A DNA stretch of 64,000 nucleotides from Candidatus Cloacimonadales bacterium (GTDB lineage: Bacteria; Cloacimonadota; Cloacimonadia; Cloacimonadales; JAFGVF01): contig OY782781.1 of NCBI GenBank assembly GCA_963678315.1, positions 1,152,001-1,216,000 of the forward strand, given 5' to 3'. Both the position numbers and the translations under genes were made by a program. The notes below the pieces were generated by a model. That model did not search any database, had not been told where the DNA came from, and saw nothing but the letters and a program-made list of their open reading frames with translations. Positions 19,480 to 29,488 of this stretch are shown here, piece by piece. Every line of letters starts with the position of its first letter. The first letter of the stretch is position 1.

Positions 19480-20877
19480 ATGGCAACTAAAAAAGTAATT
19501 AAAGAAACAAAAACCAGAAACTTCATAGGTTATAAAAGAGAACACGCAGAGTTCCACAATGCTTATACTATATCTTCAGTTGAGAAAGATATCAAATTCT
19601 TAAAAGTTGTTTATGGAGATGATTTCCCATTATCAGAAGAAAATGTAGATGCTATCTTGATTGAGAAATTAAGGAAATTAGGTAAAGAAATTTATTTCTT
19701 TATTTCATCATTAACATTCGGGACTACTCCCCAGATTTATATAAAACGTAAATATGAATTTATCAAAAATACAATTCCTGTGAATGAAAGATACCTTTTC
19801 TTTTTAGCATGGAATGGCTTAACTAATAATGATTCCTTCAAAAAGCTATTAAGACAAAAGTTTGGTTTAGAACAGTTCTATTCTGATGTATGTCCGCAAA
19901 ATATACCAAGTATAGGATCAGTCCTCACTCGCTATAGATCTAAGTTTGTTTTGGCTATGGATATGGCTCAAAACCCAGATGGGACTAAGAGAACTCAAGG
20001 ACGCCAACTTGACGATGGTTCAGGATTGACCATGAGAGAGAAGATAGTCTGGTTACCGAATGGTAAATCAATTCCTCTTTATCCAAATGCCTATGTACCA
20101 CTTAATCAAACTCAGGTTATATTGGTTAGGCATGGCAAGTCTATTCATGAATCTGGTGGTGATAACCCTGAATTTGTTGGTTCTGGCTATTGGGATTCTT
20201 GGAAAGAGAATCGAAGAGTATCTAAGTCTATTGGGAATTCATTGAAAGAAGATGGAATTCAAACAGCAAAGAATTTAGGTCAAGATTTCAAGGTTGCAGT
20301 AGACACACTTCAAAAAGAAGGATATTTATTCTGGCCTTACGCTAAAGAAAACCCTATAACTGTCTATGGAAGTGAATCAGAGAATACAGAGCAAACTTCT
20401 CGTTACTTTTTGGCAGGAGCAAACTATACAAATATAAATTTCCAAGCAATATATGGATTAAACTCACAGAAATACGGAGCTCTTACTCATAAATACAAAA
20501 ATGAAGTATTTGAGAAAGTTGTAGAAATCTATGGTGAAACATGGGCAGGTACAAAAGAAAGTAAGTTAGCAAAAGCAAAGAAGATGTTCAAAAATAGATT
20601 TTATCATTTCCCAGAAGGGGAGACCTTGATAGAAGCTGATTGGCGCATTGCTCATAGCTTCGTTCAATTGCTCAAAGAAAACCAAGGTAAAAGAGTGCTT
20701 TTATGCGACCATTCTGGTGCTATAAGAGTGTTCGAAGCTATCATAAGGACATTAGATTTTGCTGATTATAGTTCATTGAAGGAAGGACAAGATTCTATCA
20801 TTGCTCTTATCTATCAACCAGGACTGAATGTTCGTTACGATTACTTACAACGTAAAGATTTTAAACTTAGAAAATAA
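19480..20877 (+). CDS. Histidine phosphatase (phosphoglycerate mutase-like) family protein with long N-terminal extension
   Basis: ILVRHGKS at about aa 215, FPEGET, VLLCDHSGAIR. Confidence 0.75.
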   Translation: MATKKVIKETKTRNFIGYKREHAEFHNAYTISSVEKDIKFLKVVYGDDFPLSEENVDAILIEKLRKLGKEIYFFISSLTFGTTPQIYIKRKYEFIKNTIPVNERYLFFLAWNGLTNNDSFKKLLRQKFGLEQFYSDVCPQNIPSIGSVLTRYRSKFVLAMDMAQNPDGTKRTQGRQLDDGSGLTMREKIVWLPNGKSIPLYPNAYVPLNQTQVILVRHGKSIHESGGDNPEFVGSGYWDSWKENRRVSKSIGNSLKEDGIQTAKNLGQDFKVAVDTLQKEGYLFWPYAKENPITVYGSESENTEQTSRYFLAGANYTNINFQAIYGLNSQKYGALTHKYKNEVFEKVVEIYGETWAGTKESKLAKAKKMFKNRFYHFPEGETLIEADWRIAHSFVQLLKENQGKRVLLCDHSGAIRVFEAIIRTLDFADYSSLKEGQDSIIALIYQPGLNVRYDYLQRKDFKLRK

Positions 20878-20885
20878 GGATATAA

Positions 20886-21845
20886 ATGCTTAAAACACAT
20901 TACTATCGTGAAGATAATGATTTCCAAGAGAAGATTAGTGAACTTCTCGGAAAACAACATAGAATAACTATAAGTAAAGACATACCTCAAGATACAGAAG
21001 TTCTTATCTTGGGGTATCCTTCTAAAGATAAACTAGATTCACTTCCTAAGCTAAAAGCTCTTGTCATTCCCTTTGCAGGAATACCTGCTTCTACCAAAGA
21101 ATTAATGAAGCAGTATCCAGATTTAAAAGTCTATAATATCCATCATAATCATAGAGTCGCTGCTGAAATGGTTATAGCTATGCTTCTAACAGGTGTTAAG
21201 CATATAATACCTGCTGATAAAGACTTTAGAAAGCATGATTGGAGTATTCGTTATGGAGAGAACCCTTCTCTGCTTTTATATCAAAAGAAAGCTCTAATTT
21301 GTGGTTATGGGCATATCGGTAAATTAGTTGCTGAATTCTTGAAGGTCTTCGGTGTGAAAGTTGATTATATTCGAAGGAATGAAAGAGACCCTAGCATTGG
21401 CTGTTACAAGCTAATAGATTTACCTGTGATAGTTGAAGAATATGATTTTGTAATTAATGTTCTTCCTGCTACTAGTGAAACTGAGAGTGTTTTCAATAAA
21501 CAAGTCTTCTCTAAAATGAAGAAATCTAGCTTCTTTGTTAATATTGGTCGAGCTTCTACTGTTGATGAACAAGCATTATATGATGTTCTCAAGAATAAGA
21601 AAATACTTGGGGCTGCTCTTGATGTATGGTATAATTACCCTAAAACAATAGAAGAGAGAAGCAATACCAAACCGACTAACCTTCCTTTTCATGAACTAGA
21701 TAATTTGATTATGAGTCCACACCGAGGAGGAGGACTTGGTATGCAGGAAAACGAAACATTTAGATTGCAAGAATTGGCAGACTTGCTTCAGAAGATAGAA
21801 AAAGGTGATCAGGTAAGAGCAATAAACTTAGAGCTTGGATATTAA
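20886..21845 (+). CDS. D-isomer-specific 2-hydroxyacid dehydrogenase
   Basis: GYGHIG, FVNIGRA, ALDVWYNYP, MSPHRGG. Confidence 0.9.
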   Translation: MLKTHYYREDNDFQEKISELLGKQHRITISKDIPQDTEVLILGYPSKDKLDSLPKLKALVIPFAGIPASTKELMKQYPDLKVYNIHHNHRVAAEMVIAMLLTGVKHIIPADKDFRKHDWSIRYGENPSLLLYQKKALICGYGHIGKLVAEFLKVFGVKVDYIRRNERDPSIGCYKLIDLPVIVEEYDFVINVLPATSETESVFNKQVFSKMKKSSFFVNIGRASTVDEQALYDVLKNKKILGAALDVWYNYPKTIEERSNTKPTNLPFHELDNLIMSPHRGGGLGMQENETFRLQELADLLQKIEKGDQVRAINLELGY

Positions 21846-22016
21846 ATAATCAAGTTTATAAAAAAATATATTTACACAATTAATTAAAGTATCACAATTT
21901 ACATGATTTAGAATTATCTCTAATTCAAAAAAGGAACATTTGCAAGTAATGTTGATATTATTCAACTATAACTTCCATATTGTTAATGAGCTTATAATGG
22001 CAGAGGTTAGAACATT

Positions 22017-24155
22017 ATGGTTAGAAAAACTTTAAAGAGATTTTATATTTATATCATTTCATGGATATTGCTAAGTATTATTCTAATAGTTGTAAATCAA
22101 TCTTCCTTTATAAAAGAGGTTGAGAATAGGACTCTAGATTATAGATTTAGTAATTATTCCTTAGCTGAACAAGCTGATACAAATATTGTCTTGATTTCTA
22201 TAGACGATCAAAGCTTGAGGTATGCTAATGAAAAGGGCGTATTTTGGCCTTGGCCTAGAGAGTTTTATGCTTTAGCAACTAACTACTTAAGTAATTGTGG
22301 TGCAGAACAAGTTATATTTGATATTCAGTTTAATGAGCCGGATTATAATAGGGGAGATATTGATTCTGAAGCTAGTGATAACTATTTTGCCAACGTAATA
22401 AAGAACAGTGGAAATGTTATATTATCTAGTCAAGCTCTATTAGGAGAAAGTAAGATAGATGTTGAAACAGGAATTAATACCCTCAATATTGAAGGTATTA
22501 ATATTCCTTTAACAGATAACTTTAACCAGTTGAGCCTTCCTATAAAGAAATTCAGAGAGAATTCTTTGGGGGTTGGAATTATTAACATTTCACCAGATGA
22601 TGATGGTGTTGTGAGAAGAGTTCCTTTATTCTACAAAATTAATGGCCAATATTACCCGCAGTTAGCTTTTCTATCATTTCTAAAATCTTCACAGAATAAT
22701 ACATTGCAATACAAACATCAAAGCATTGCTACTGACAAAATAGATATACCAATTCTGCATGAACAAGATTATCTGATTAATTGGTATGGAAATGGTGGAG
22801 TAGAAGGTGTTTTTAAATATATCCCATATAGCAATCTTATTCAGTCTGCTGTTGCAACTTCAAGCGATAAGGAAGCTGTTCTTAATCCTGAATTGTTTAA
22901 AGGTAAGACAGTAATTATTGGAGCAACAGCTCCAGGACTCTTTGACTTGAAGACCTCACCAGTTACAAAGGTCTTGCCTGGTATGGAGATTTGGGCAACA
23001 ATCATAAGTAACTTGCGCAATGGTCATTTCATTAAAACGGTTCCAGGTCATCTTGTTAATATCTCAATAATATTATTAGTTGCACTCACTATAATTTCTT
23101 TATTGCATCAAAGAGCTGTAATTTCTCACTTATTCTTGTTGATTGAGATTGTTGTTGTAAATATGCTTATAATTGGTTTGTGGACCCATTATAGGTATTT
23201 ATTGCCATGGGTAATCTATATTATTACAATTGTTTTAACTTATCTGACTGTCTTATTAGTAAAATACCTAGCTGAAGGTAGAGACAAGCAGAAACTGAAA
23301 AAGATATTTACAAGATATATTCACCCTGACCTGGTTAACATTCTCATTAATAATTCAAAAGACTTCGAGTTAGGTGGTAAGGAAGTAGAAGCGACTATTC
23401 TCTTTACGGATATTTATGATTTTACTACTTATTCAGAAAATAAAACTCCTAAAGAACTTGTTACTGAGCTTAACAAATATTTCGAAACTATTACAGATAT
23501 TATCTTGAAGAATCAAGGTATGTTAGATAAGTTTACTGGTGATGGACTAATGGCTCTTTTTGGCTCTCCTTTAATAAGCCTTGATCATGCTTATCTGGCA
23601 TGTAAAGTTGCTTTAGAACACCGTTCTTATACAGAGAGTTTGAGCCCTGATGATGATGGCTATTATTTCAATAAAATGACAAGGATTGGTATTAATAGTG
23701 GTCTTGTTGTGGTAGGGAACATTGGTTCTTCAAAGCGAACAGATTACACTGCTATTGGCGATGCAGTAAACTTATCAGCAAGAATAGAAGGCGTTAACAA
23801 GCTATTTAAAACTTCTATCATTATTGGAGAATCCACTCAGAAGCTGATAAAAGATAGGTTTATATGTCGTGAATTAGATGTTCTGAAAGTTAAAGGTAAG
23901 AATGAGCCTACAAAGATATTTGAACTTATTGACGAGCTTGGTAAGAAAGATAAAGATGAACTTATTGCAAGCTATGAAGAAGCTTTAATGTTGTATAAGC
24001 AAGGACATTTCTTGCAGGCTAAGAATAAATTTGAAGATTTATATAATAGTAAATATAGTGATTATCCTTCACAGGTAATGGCAAGTAGATGCCAGTTTTT
24101 AATAGATAATCCTCCTAAAAATTGGGAAGGAATATTCACTCTAAAAGTTAAATAG
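22017..24155 (+). CDS. CHASE2-domain class III adenylate/guanylate cyclase
   Basis: IDDQS, WPWPR, DDDGVVRR, 3 TM helices, FTDIYDFT, DKFTGDG, YTAIGDAVNLSARIEG. Confidence 0.93.
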   Translation: MVRKTLKRFYIYIISWILLSIILIVVNQSSFIKEVENRTLDYRFSNYSLAEQADTNIVLISIDDQSLRYANEKGVFWPWPREFYALATNYLSNCGAEQVIFDIQFNEPDYNRGDIDSEASDNYFANVIKNSGNVILSSQALLGESKIDVETGINTLNIEGINIPLTDNFNQLSLPIKKFRENSLGVGIINISPDDDGVVRRVPLFYKINGQYYPQLAFLSFLKSSQNNTLQYKHQSIATDKIDIPILHEQDYLINWYGNGGVEGVFKYIPYSNLIQSAVATSSDKEAVLNPELFKGKTVIIGATAPGLFDLKTSPVTKVLPGMEIWATIISNLRNGHFIKTVPGHLVNISIILLVALTIISLLHQRAVISHLFLLIEIVVVNMLIIGLWTHYRYLLPWVIYIITIVLTYLTVLLVKYLAEGRDKQKLKKIFTRYIHPDLVNILINNSKDFELGGKEVEATILFTDIYDFTTYSENKTPKELVTELNKYFETITDIILKNQGMLDKFTGDGLMALFGSPLISLDHAYLACKVALEHRSYTESLSPDDDGYYFNKMTRIGINSGLVVVGNIGSSKRTDYTAIGDAVNLSARIEGVNKLFKTSIIIGESTQKLIKDRFICRELDVLKVKGKNEPTKIFELIDELGKKDKDELIASYEEALMLYKQGHFLQAKNKFEDLYNSKYSDYPSQVMASRCQFLIDNPPKNWEGIFTLKVK

Positions 24156-24163
24156 GAGTAATT

Positions 24164-25405
24164 ATGAGGTTCTTGTTATTGTTGTTTTGTTTGTTATGTT
24201 TTGTATTGGTTTCTGCAGAAACATTAGATATAAAAAGGGATAAAACCCCTCTACGAGAAGGAGCTGGATCTTGGTATGAAGTAATCGAGTTAATTCAGAA
24301 AGGTGAGCGAGTTGAAACTGTTGCTTACTCAGATGATAATCAGATTACTAATCAGTGGTTAAAAGTTAAGTACAATTCTAAAGTTGGTTTTATTTCTGTT
24401 ATATCAACCAAAGAACTTAAGCCTAAAAAAGACATTTTTTCTAATTTTGCTGAGGGTAAGCCATCTACTATTGCGACTAAGCATGGTGTTTCAGCTGGTG
24501 TAAAAGGATTTGGAGAAAGATTCTGTTCTACATTTAAAGTTAGCCCAAAATTCATTGAGTATGCTCAAAGCTATAATATAAATCCTAGAGACTATAAAAA
24601 GTTTAAACTAGACACTTACAAAGGCTTTTGGATACGTAAGAATAGGAAGAAAGTTGATTTAGGTGATAAATTTCATGAAGAATATTTCACAGAGTCAGAA
24701 CGAGGATTAGGTTTAGGTATTGCATCTGTTATATCTCAGCAAGGATTAGTTAAAAACAAAAAGCTTCAAGATTACGTTAATTTTGTGGGATTACAGCTTG
24801 TCGAAGCTTTTGATTTAAGTGAGATAGAATTCAAGTTCTTTATATTGGATATTGATAATCCTAACGCTTATGCAACTACAGGAGGAGTAGTCTTTATTAC
24901 TAAAGGAATGCTTAACTTATGCCAAAATGAAGCAGAATTATCTCTGATTCTCGCTCATGAAATAGCACATGTTGCCTATAATCATGGTATGCAAGAAACT
25001 CTAGCAAGAAAAACAGATATATTAGCTGATTCTAGCTTTGATGAATTAGACAAGGAATTTGGGAACTCAACTAGTCGTTATAAAGACCTAGAAGCAGAAC
25101 TTGAAGAAGATGCCTTTAAAATATATGAAACCTTGATTCATGGTAGATTAGATGCCTATGAGTTAGAAGCTGATCAGATGGCGATATTAGTTACTGCTCG
25201 TGCTGGATATAATGCTAATTTAATGCCGAAAGTTCTTGACAGACTAATCAATAATAGCGTAAAATCAAATAATGAGCACTACCGACCTGATATTCTTGTT
25301 ACACGCAAAAAGCAAGTAGAAAAGTTCTTGAAAAGTAGACCTTTACCTAGTAACCTAATGATTCATCAAGAAAGATTTGATAAATTTATACAATTACTAG
25401 ACTAA
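24164..25405 (+). CDS. Secreted SH3-like + M48 metallopeptidase
   Basis: Signal peptide, LREGAG...WLKV (SH3b-like), PNAYA..GG, LAHEIAH, ELEAD. Confidence 0.85.
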   Translation: MRFLLLLFCLLCFVLVSAETLDIKRDKTPLREGAGSWYEVIELIQKGERVETVAYSDDNQITNQWLKVKYNSKVGFISVISTKELKPKKDIFSNFAEGKPSTIATKHGVSAGVKGFGERFCSTFKVSPKFIEYAQSYNINPRDYKKFKLDTYKGFWIRKNRKKVDLGDKFHEEYFTESERGLGLGIASVISQQGLVKNKKLQDYVNFVGLQLVEAFDLSEIEFKFFILDIDNPNAYATTGGVVFITKGMLNLCQNEAELSLILAHEIAHVAYNHGMQETLARKTDILADSSFDELDKEFGNSTSRYKDLEAELEEDAFKIYETLIHGRLDAYELEADQMAILVTARAGYNANLMPKVLDRLINNSVKSNNEHYRPDILVTRKKQVEKFLKSRPLPSNLMIHQERFDKFIQLLD

Positions 25406-25471
25406 TGGTTATATAAAGAATGGATTCATTATTAGGAGGAAGTGATATAGATTAATTAAAAAAGGACTCTT

Positions 25472-26662
25472 ATGAATAGAATAATGATATTTATCGCTTT
25501 GTTAAGTTTGTGTGCAATCTTACAATCACAAAGCCTCGCTGATATGAACTTTGGAGATTCAGCTTCTTTGGATATAATGACATGGAATATAGAATGGTTT
25601 CCTAAAAATGGTCAGACTACAGTTGATTCCGTAGCAACAGTCTTAGAAGCTCTAGATATGGATATTTATGCTATTCAGGAAGTGGATGATACACTCGCAT
25701 TTAGGGAAATGGTTAATGAGCTAGATGATTATTCTTGCTTCTTTGAATCAAGTTATTTTGCAGGTCTTGCTTATATCTATAAGACAGATGAAATACAGAT
25801 TCATTATATTGAAGAAATATATACTTCTTACCCTTATTGGAGACCTTTCCCACGTTCTCCAGTAGTAATGAAATTTCTCTACAATGGTCAGATTTTCTAT
25901 GTGATGAACAATCATTTCAAGGCAATGGGGGATGGACATTTAAACCTAAGTGATGAATGGGATGAAGAGACCAGGCGTTATGATGCTAGTCTTCTTATCA
26001 AAGAGTATATAGATGATGATTTACCTAATGCTAATGTGATAGTATTAGGTGATTTAAATGATATTCTTACTGATGAAGAAGATGATAATGTTTTCCAATG
26101 TTTTTTGGATGATGAAGAGAATTACCTCTTTGCAGATTACGAAATAGCTACTAGCTCTAGTTCAGAATGGTCCTATCCAGGTTGGCCTTCTCATCTGGAC
26201 CATATACTTGTAACTAACGAGGTTTTTACTCCCAACAGTAATGTAATTACTCAAACCCAAACATTGAAGATTTATGAGTATATGCAAAGCTTTTCTCAAT
26301 ATGACTCCTACATTTCAGATCATTTACCTGTAGCAATTAAGATAATTGCTGCTACAGATAACGATGATTCTCAAGTTTGTACTAACGCTTCTTTCAATCT
26401 AACAAACTATCCAAATCCATTCAATCCTGAAACTACAATATCCTTTAATAATCCTAGTTCTGGTCATGTTAAGTTGACTATTTTCAACATTAAGGGGCAA
26501 GTTCTTGCAACAATTATCAATAGCAAGCTAGCTAAGGGACAACATAATTTTGTTTGGAATGGAAAGGATAGCAATGGGAATCAAGTTTCATCAAATATCT
26601 ACTTTGCAAAAGTTGAAAGTAAGGACGCTTCAGAGATTCATAAAATAATATTATTAAAATAA
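25472..26662 (+). CDS. Secreted endonuclease/exonuclease/phosphatase with T9SS-type-A/FlgD-Ig CTD
   Basis: TWNIEWF, IQEV, GDLN, LDHIL, SDHLPV; NYPNPFNP...KIILLK. Confidence 0.88.
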   Translation: MNRIMIFIALLSLCAILQSQSLADMNFGDSASLDIMTWNIEWFPKNGQTTVDSVATVLEALDMDIYAIQEVDDTLAFREMVNELDDYSCFFESSYFAGLAYIYKTDEIQIHYIEEIYTSYPYWRPFPRSPVVMKFLYNGQIFYVMNNHFKAMGDGHLNLSDEWDEETRRYDASLLIKEYIDDDLPNANVIVLGDLNDILTDEEDDNVFQCFLDDEENYLFADYEIATSSSSEWSYPGWPSHLDHILVTNEVFTPNSNVITQTQTLKIYEYMQSFSQYDSYISDHLPVAIKIIAATDNDDSQVCTNASFNLTNYPNPFNPETTISFNNPSSGHVKLTIFNIKGQVLATIINSKLAKGQHNFVWNGKDSNGNQVSSNIYFAKVESKDASEIHKIILLK

Positions 26663-26834
26663 GATTACTTAAGAATATTTGCTTTTGAGAGGATATATTA
26701 TAAAGACATTCTTATTTGCTAAAGCATATATTTATAAATGATTATTCTCAACGGGGAATGTTGAGTAATTTAGCTTTGTAATCAATGAAATTTATTTAAG
26801 AAGAACTTAAATTCAGTCTTAATTGAGTTTTTTA

Positions 26835-26863
26835 TTGACAATAAGCAAAATTAACTTTATATT
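26835..26863 (+). promoter_or_regulatory. Sigma70-type promoter of oxidative-stress operon
   Basis: TTGACA-N17-TATATT. Confidence 0.65.
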
Positions 26864-26895
26864 ATTTATATAAAAAAACTAATTAGGAGGAAATT

Positions 26896-27276
26896 ATGAC
26901 AAAATTAAGAGAAATATACCATTGCCCTAAATGTGGTAACGTGGTTGAATTAGTATATCCTGGTGCTCCAGCACTTGTTTGCTGTGGAGAACCAATGAAT
27001 TTATTAGAAGGTAAAACAGCAGATTCTGCAACTGAAAAGCATGTTCCTGTTGTTGAAGAAAAAGACGGCGGTGTATTAGTAACAGTTGGTTCAACTCTTC
27101 ACCCTATGACTGAAGAACATCACATAGCTTTTATTGAAGTATTAACAAAAGATATGGTTTATAGAGCTGAATTAGATAAAACTGGTGAACCAAAGGCATT
27201 CTTCAATGTTAAGAAAGCTGACGTAATTGAAGTAAGAGAATACTGTAACCTTCATGGTTTATGGAAAAAACTATAA
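26896..27276 (+). CDS. dfx: Desulfoferrodoxin (2Fe superoxide reductase)
   Basis: CPKCGN...CCGEPM, EKHVP, HPM..EHHI, YCNLHGLW. Confidence 0.96.
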   Translation: MTKLREIYHCPKCGNVVELVYPGAPALVCCGEPMNLLEGKTADSATEKHVPVVEEKDGGVLVTVGSTLHPMTEEHHIAFIEVLTKDMVYRAELDKTGEPKAFFNVKKADVIEVREYCNLHGLWKKL

Positions 27277-27291
27277 AAAAGAGGTAAAATA

Positions 27292-27882
27292 ATGAGTTTA
27301 AAAGGTACAAAAACTGCAGAAAATTTGATGAAAGCATTTGCTGGTGAATCACAAGCTAAAAATAGATACACTTATGCTGCTAAAACAGCTAAAAAAGAAG
27401 GTTTTGAACAAATTTCAGCTCTCTTTATGGAAACAGCATTAAATGAAGAAGAACATGCTAAATTATTTATGAAACACATGGTTAATAATGGTCTTGAAGG
27501 TCAAGCAATTGAAATCACTGCTGCTTACCCTGCAGCTTGGGCTCAAAAAGATACATTACAAAATTTACAATACGCTGCTGATGGCGAACATGAAGAATGG
27601 GATGAATTATATCCTGAATTCGCTAAAGTTGCTGATGAAGAAGGTTTCTCAGCTATTGCAGCAACTTTCAGACTTATTGCAAAGATTGAAAAACATCATG
27701 AAGAAAGATACAGAAAACTATTCAATGCTGTTAAAGCTCATGAAATGTTTAAAAAAGATGGTAAAGTATTCTGGAAATGCAGAAAATGTGGACATATTCA
27801 TGAAGGTCTTGAAGCTCCTGAAAAATGCCCTACATGTGCACATCCACAAGGATACTTTGAAGTTTTGTGTGAAAACTATTAA
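27292..27882 (+). CDS. rbr: Rubrerythrin
   Basis: [27 protein letters not shown]...CPTC. Confidence 0.96.
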   Translation: MSLKGTKTAENLMKAFAGESQAKNRYTYAAKTAKKEGFEQISALFMETALNEEEHAKLFMKHMVNNGLEGQAIEITAAYPAAWAQKDTLQNLQYAADGEHEEWDELYPEFAKVADEEGFSAIAATFRLIAKIEKHHEERYRKLFNAVKAHEMFKKDGKVFWKCRKCGHIHEGLEAPEKCPTCAHPQGYFEVLCENY

Positions 27883-27903
27883 TTGATAACTGAGGAGTTA
27901 TTT

Positions 27904-28044
27904 ATGAGTAAGTATCAATGTTTAGCTTGTGGATATATATACGACCCAGCAGAACACAATAATGTTGCTTTCGAAGACTTACCTGAAGACTACATCTGTC
28001 CAGAATGTGGTGTTGGTAAGGATATGTTCGAAGTAGTTGATTAA
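27904..28044 (+). CDS. Rubredoxin (46 aa, below ORF-track cutoff)
   Basis: [55 protein letters not shown]. Confidence 0.95.
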   Translation: MSKYQCLACGYIYDPAEHNNVAFEDLPEDYICPECGVGKDMFEVVD

Positions 28045-28048
28045 TATT

Positions 28049-28077
28049 AAAAAAGGAGCGCTTAGCTCCTTTTTTTC
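28049..28077 (+). terminator. Intrinsic terminator
   Basis: AAAAGGAGC/GCTCCTTTT stem plus T-run. Confidence 0.85.
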
Positions 28078-28173
28078 CTTTTTTAAGAATTTGATATAAG
28101 CCTATAAAATATATTATACTTCTTAAAAAAATATAAATGAGTATTGTCTTACTCATTCTTTAATGGAGTTAAA

Positions 28174-28626
28174 ATGACAAAAGAAGAATTTAATAAAATT
28201 ATTGATTTCGCTATCTTAAGAGAACAAGAAGCAGTGGACTTTTATGTAGAATTACAAAATCATGCTAAGTTCAAAGACCAAGCACAGATGATGAAAGACT
28301 TTGAGAACATGGAAAGAGGACATATTATTGTACTTAAAAATCTTAAAGAAAAGGGTAAAGTGTTCGTTGATGAAAGTAAAGCAACGTCTATGAAAATTAG
28401 CAATTATGTTATAGCTGATTATGATAAAGATGATTTAACTTATGAGAATATCATTCTAATTGGCATCAAGAGAGAAGAAAGAGCATATAAACTCTACAAA
28501 GATCTAGCCAATAACTTCGATGATGAAGATGTGAAAAAAGCATTTAATCACCTTGCAAGCCAAGAAATTGGCCATAGAAATTTATTCTCTGATTTATATG
28601 ATAAGCATGTTTTAAAAGATAACTAA
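28174..28626 (+). CDS. Ferritin-like / rubrerythrin-family diiron protein
   Basis: GGAG RBS before ATG 28174; AILREQEA..FY, ERGH, REERA..LY, EIGH. Confidence 0.85.
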   Translation: MTKEEFNKIIDFAILREQEAVDFYVELQNHAKFKDQAQMMKDFENMERGHIIVLKNLKEKGKVFVDESKATSMKISNYVIADYDKDDLTYENIILIGIKREERAYKLYKDLANNFDDEDVKKAFNHLASQEIGHRNLFSDLYDKHVLKDN

Positions 28627-28656
28627 ATTCTGCTATAAAACTAAAGATATACTTTT

Positions 28657-28687
28657 GGGCTACTTTTTTTGAGGTAGCCTTTTTTTT
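28657..28687 (+). terminator. Intrinsic terminator
   Basis: GGCTACTT/AGGTAGCC stem plus long T-run. Confidence 0.75.
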
Positions 28688-28710
28688 GTTGTAATTAAAG
28701 GAATTATTGT

Positions 28711-29088
28711 CTTACTTAACTTCTGCATTAAGGGCCTCCTTGAAAAACTGGCCTTTTTTCAAGGTGGCAAGTAAGGATGGAGTTAGGAGTGAGTTACTGG
28801 GAACACTCGGCTGCTAGCCGGCTGGCACTGGGATAGCCAGCCTACACTGGGAACGCTGGCTGCTAGCCGGCTGGCACTGGGATCGCCAGCCTACACTGGG
28901 AACGCTGGCTGCTAGCCGGCTTCACTTAGAACGTAGTGATAAGTGAATTTGTAGAGACGTTTTGAAAACATCTCAGAAAAGGGAGTGTAAGCATCCACCG
29001 AAGGTTGAACGAAGTTCATGCTTACGCAAAAACTTTCATTGTCCTGAAAGGACATATCAGCTCAGAGCCCATGATTTCAATCGTGGGT
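28711..29088 (+). repeat. REP-like mosaic cluster D including 49-bp tandem repeat
   Basis: Leader hairpin 28732-28777, heptamers, five ACTGGGA-initiated units 28796-28920, GTAGAGACG hairpin, GGAGTGTAAGCATCC module 28982-29027. Confidence 0.9.
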
Positions 29089-29488
29089 CAATAAAATATG
29101 ACAATTAGCTAGAAACTTGCTCCCCAGAAGAATCTTGAAAAAGCAAGATTTCTTTAACCTAAAAGCGTCATCTGAGATAATAAGGGTTTTTTATTAGAAA
29201 TTGCAGGGAAAAATAAATTTTATTGAATATGTTAGACTGTTCTTATATTGGTAAGCACTAGTAAGAATAGCACGAAATTTAGCCATAATATAATAAGAAC
29301 CGAAGCTGTAACTAGTTACAGACATGTTTATGGTCTGATAGAATAATTCTATGAAGAGAAGAATATTATTCTTTCAGGATAAAGTTAGTAAAATCTATTT
29401 TACATATTTTGCAAATAACACTTGACTAATAAGAATTATTAATTATTATATGAGAAATTATTAAATATGTATCAGAATTGGAGGAAAA

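Noticed and set aside
20886..21845. Phosphite dehydrogenase PtxD (given phnDCE in the window)
   Set aside because: More than 20 kb from the transporter; motifs (DVWYNYP, SPHRGG) fit a generic 2-hydroxyacid dehydrogenase.
27488..28156. ORFs 27488-27886 (+) and 27902-28156 (-)
   Set aside because: Alternate frame of rubrerythrin and antisense of the rubredoxin/terminator.
28796..28920. CRISPR array
   Set aside because: The would-be spacers are themselves repeated (19 nt, near-identical) and no cas genes are present; it is a tandem REP-like repeat.
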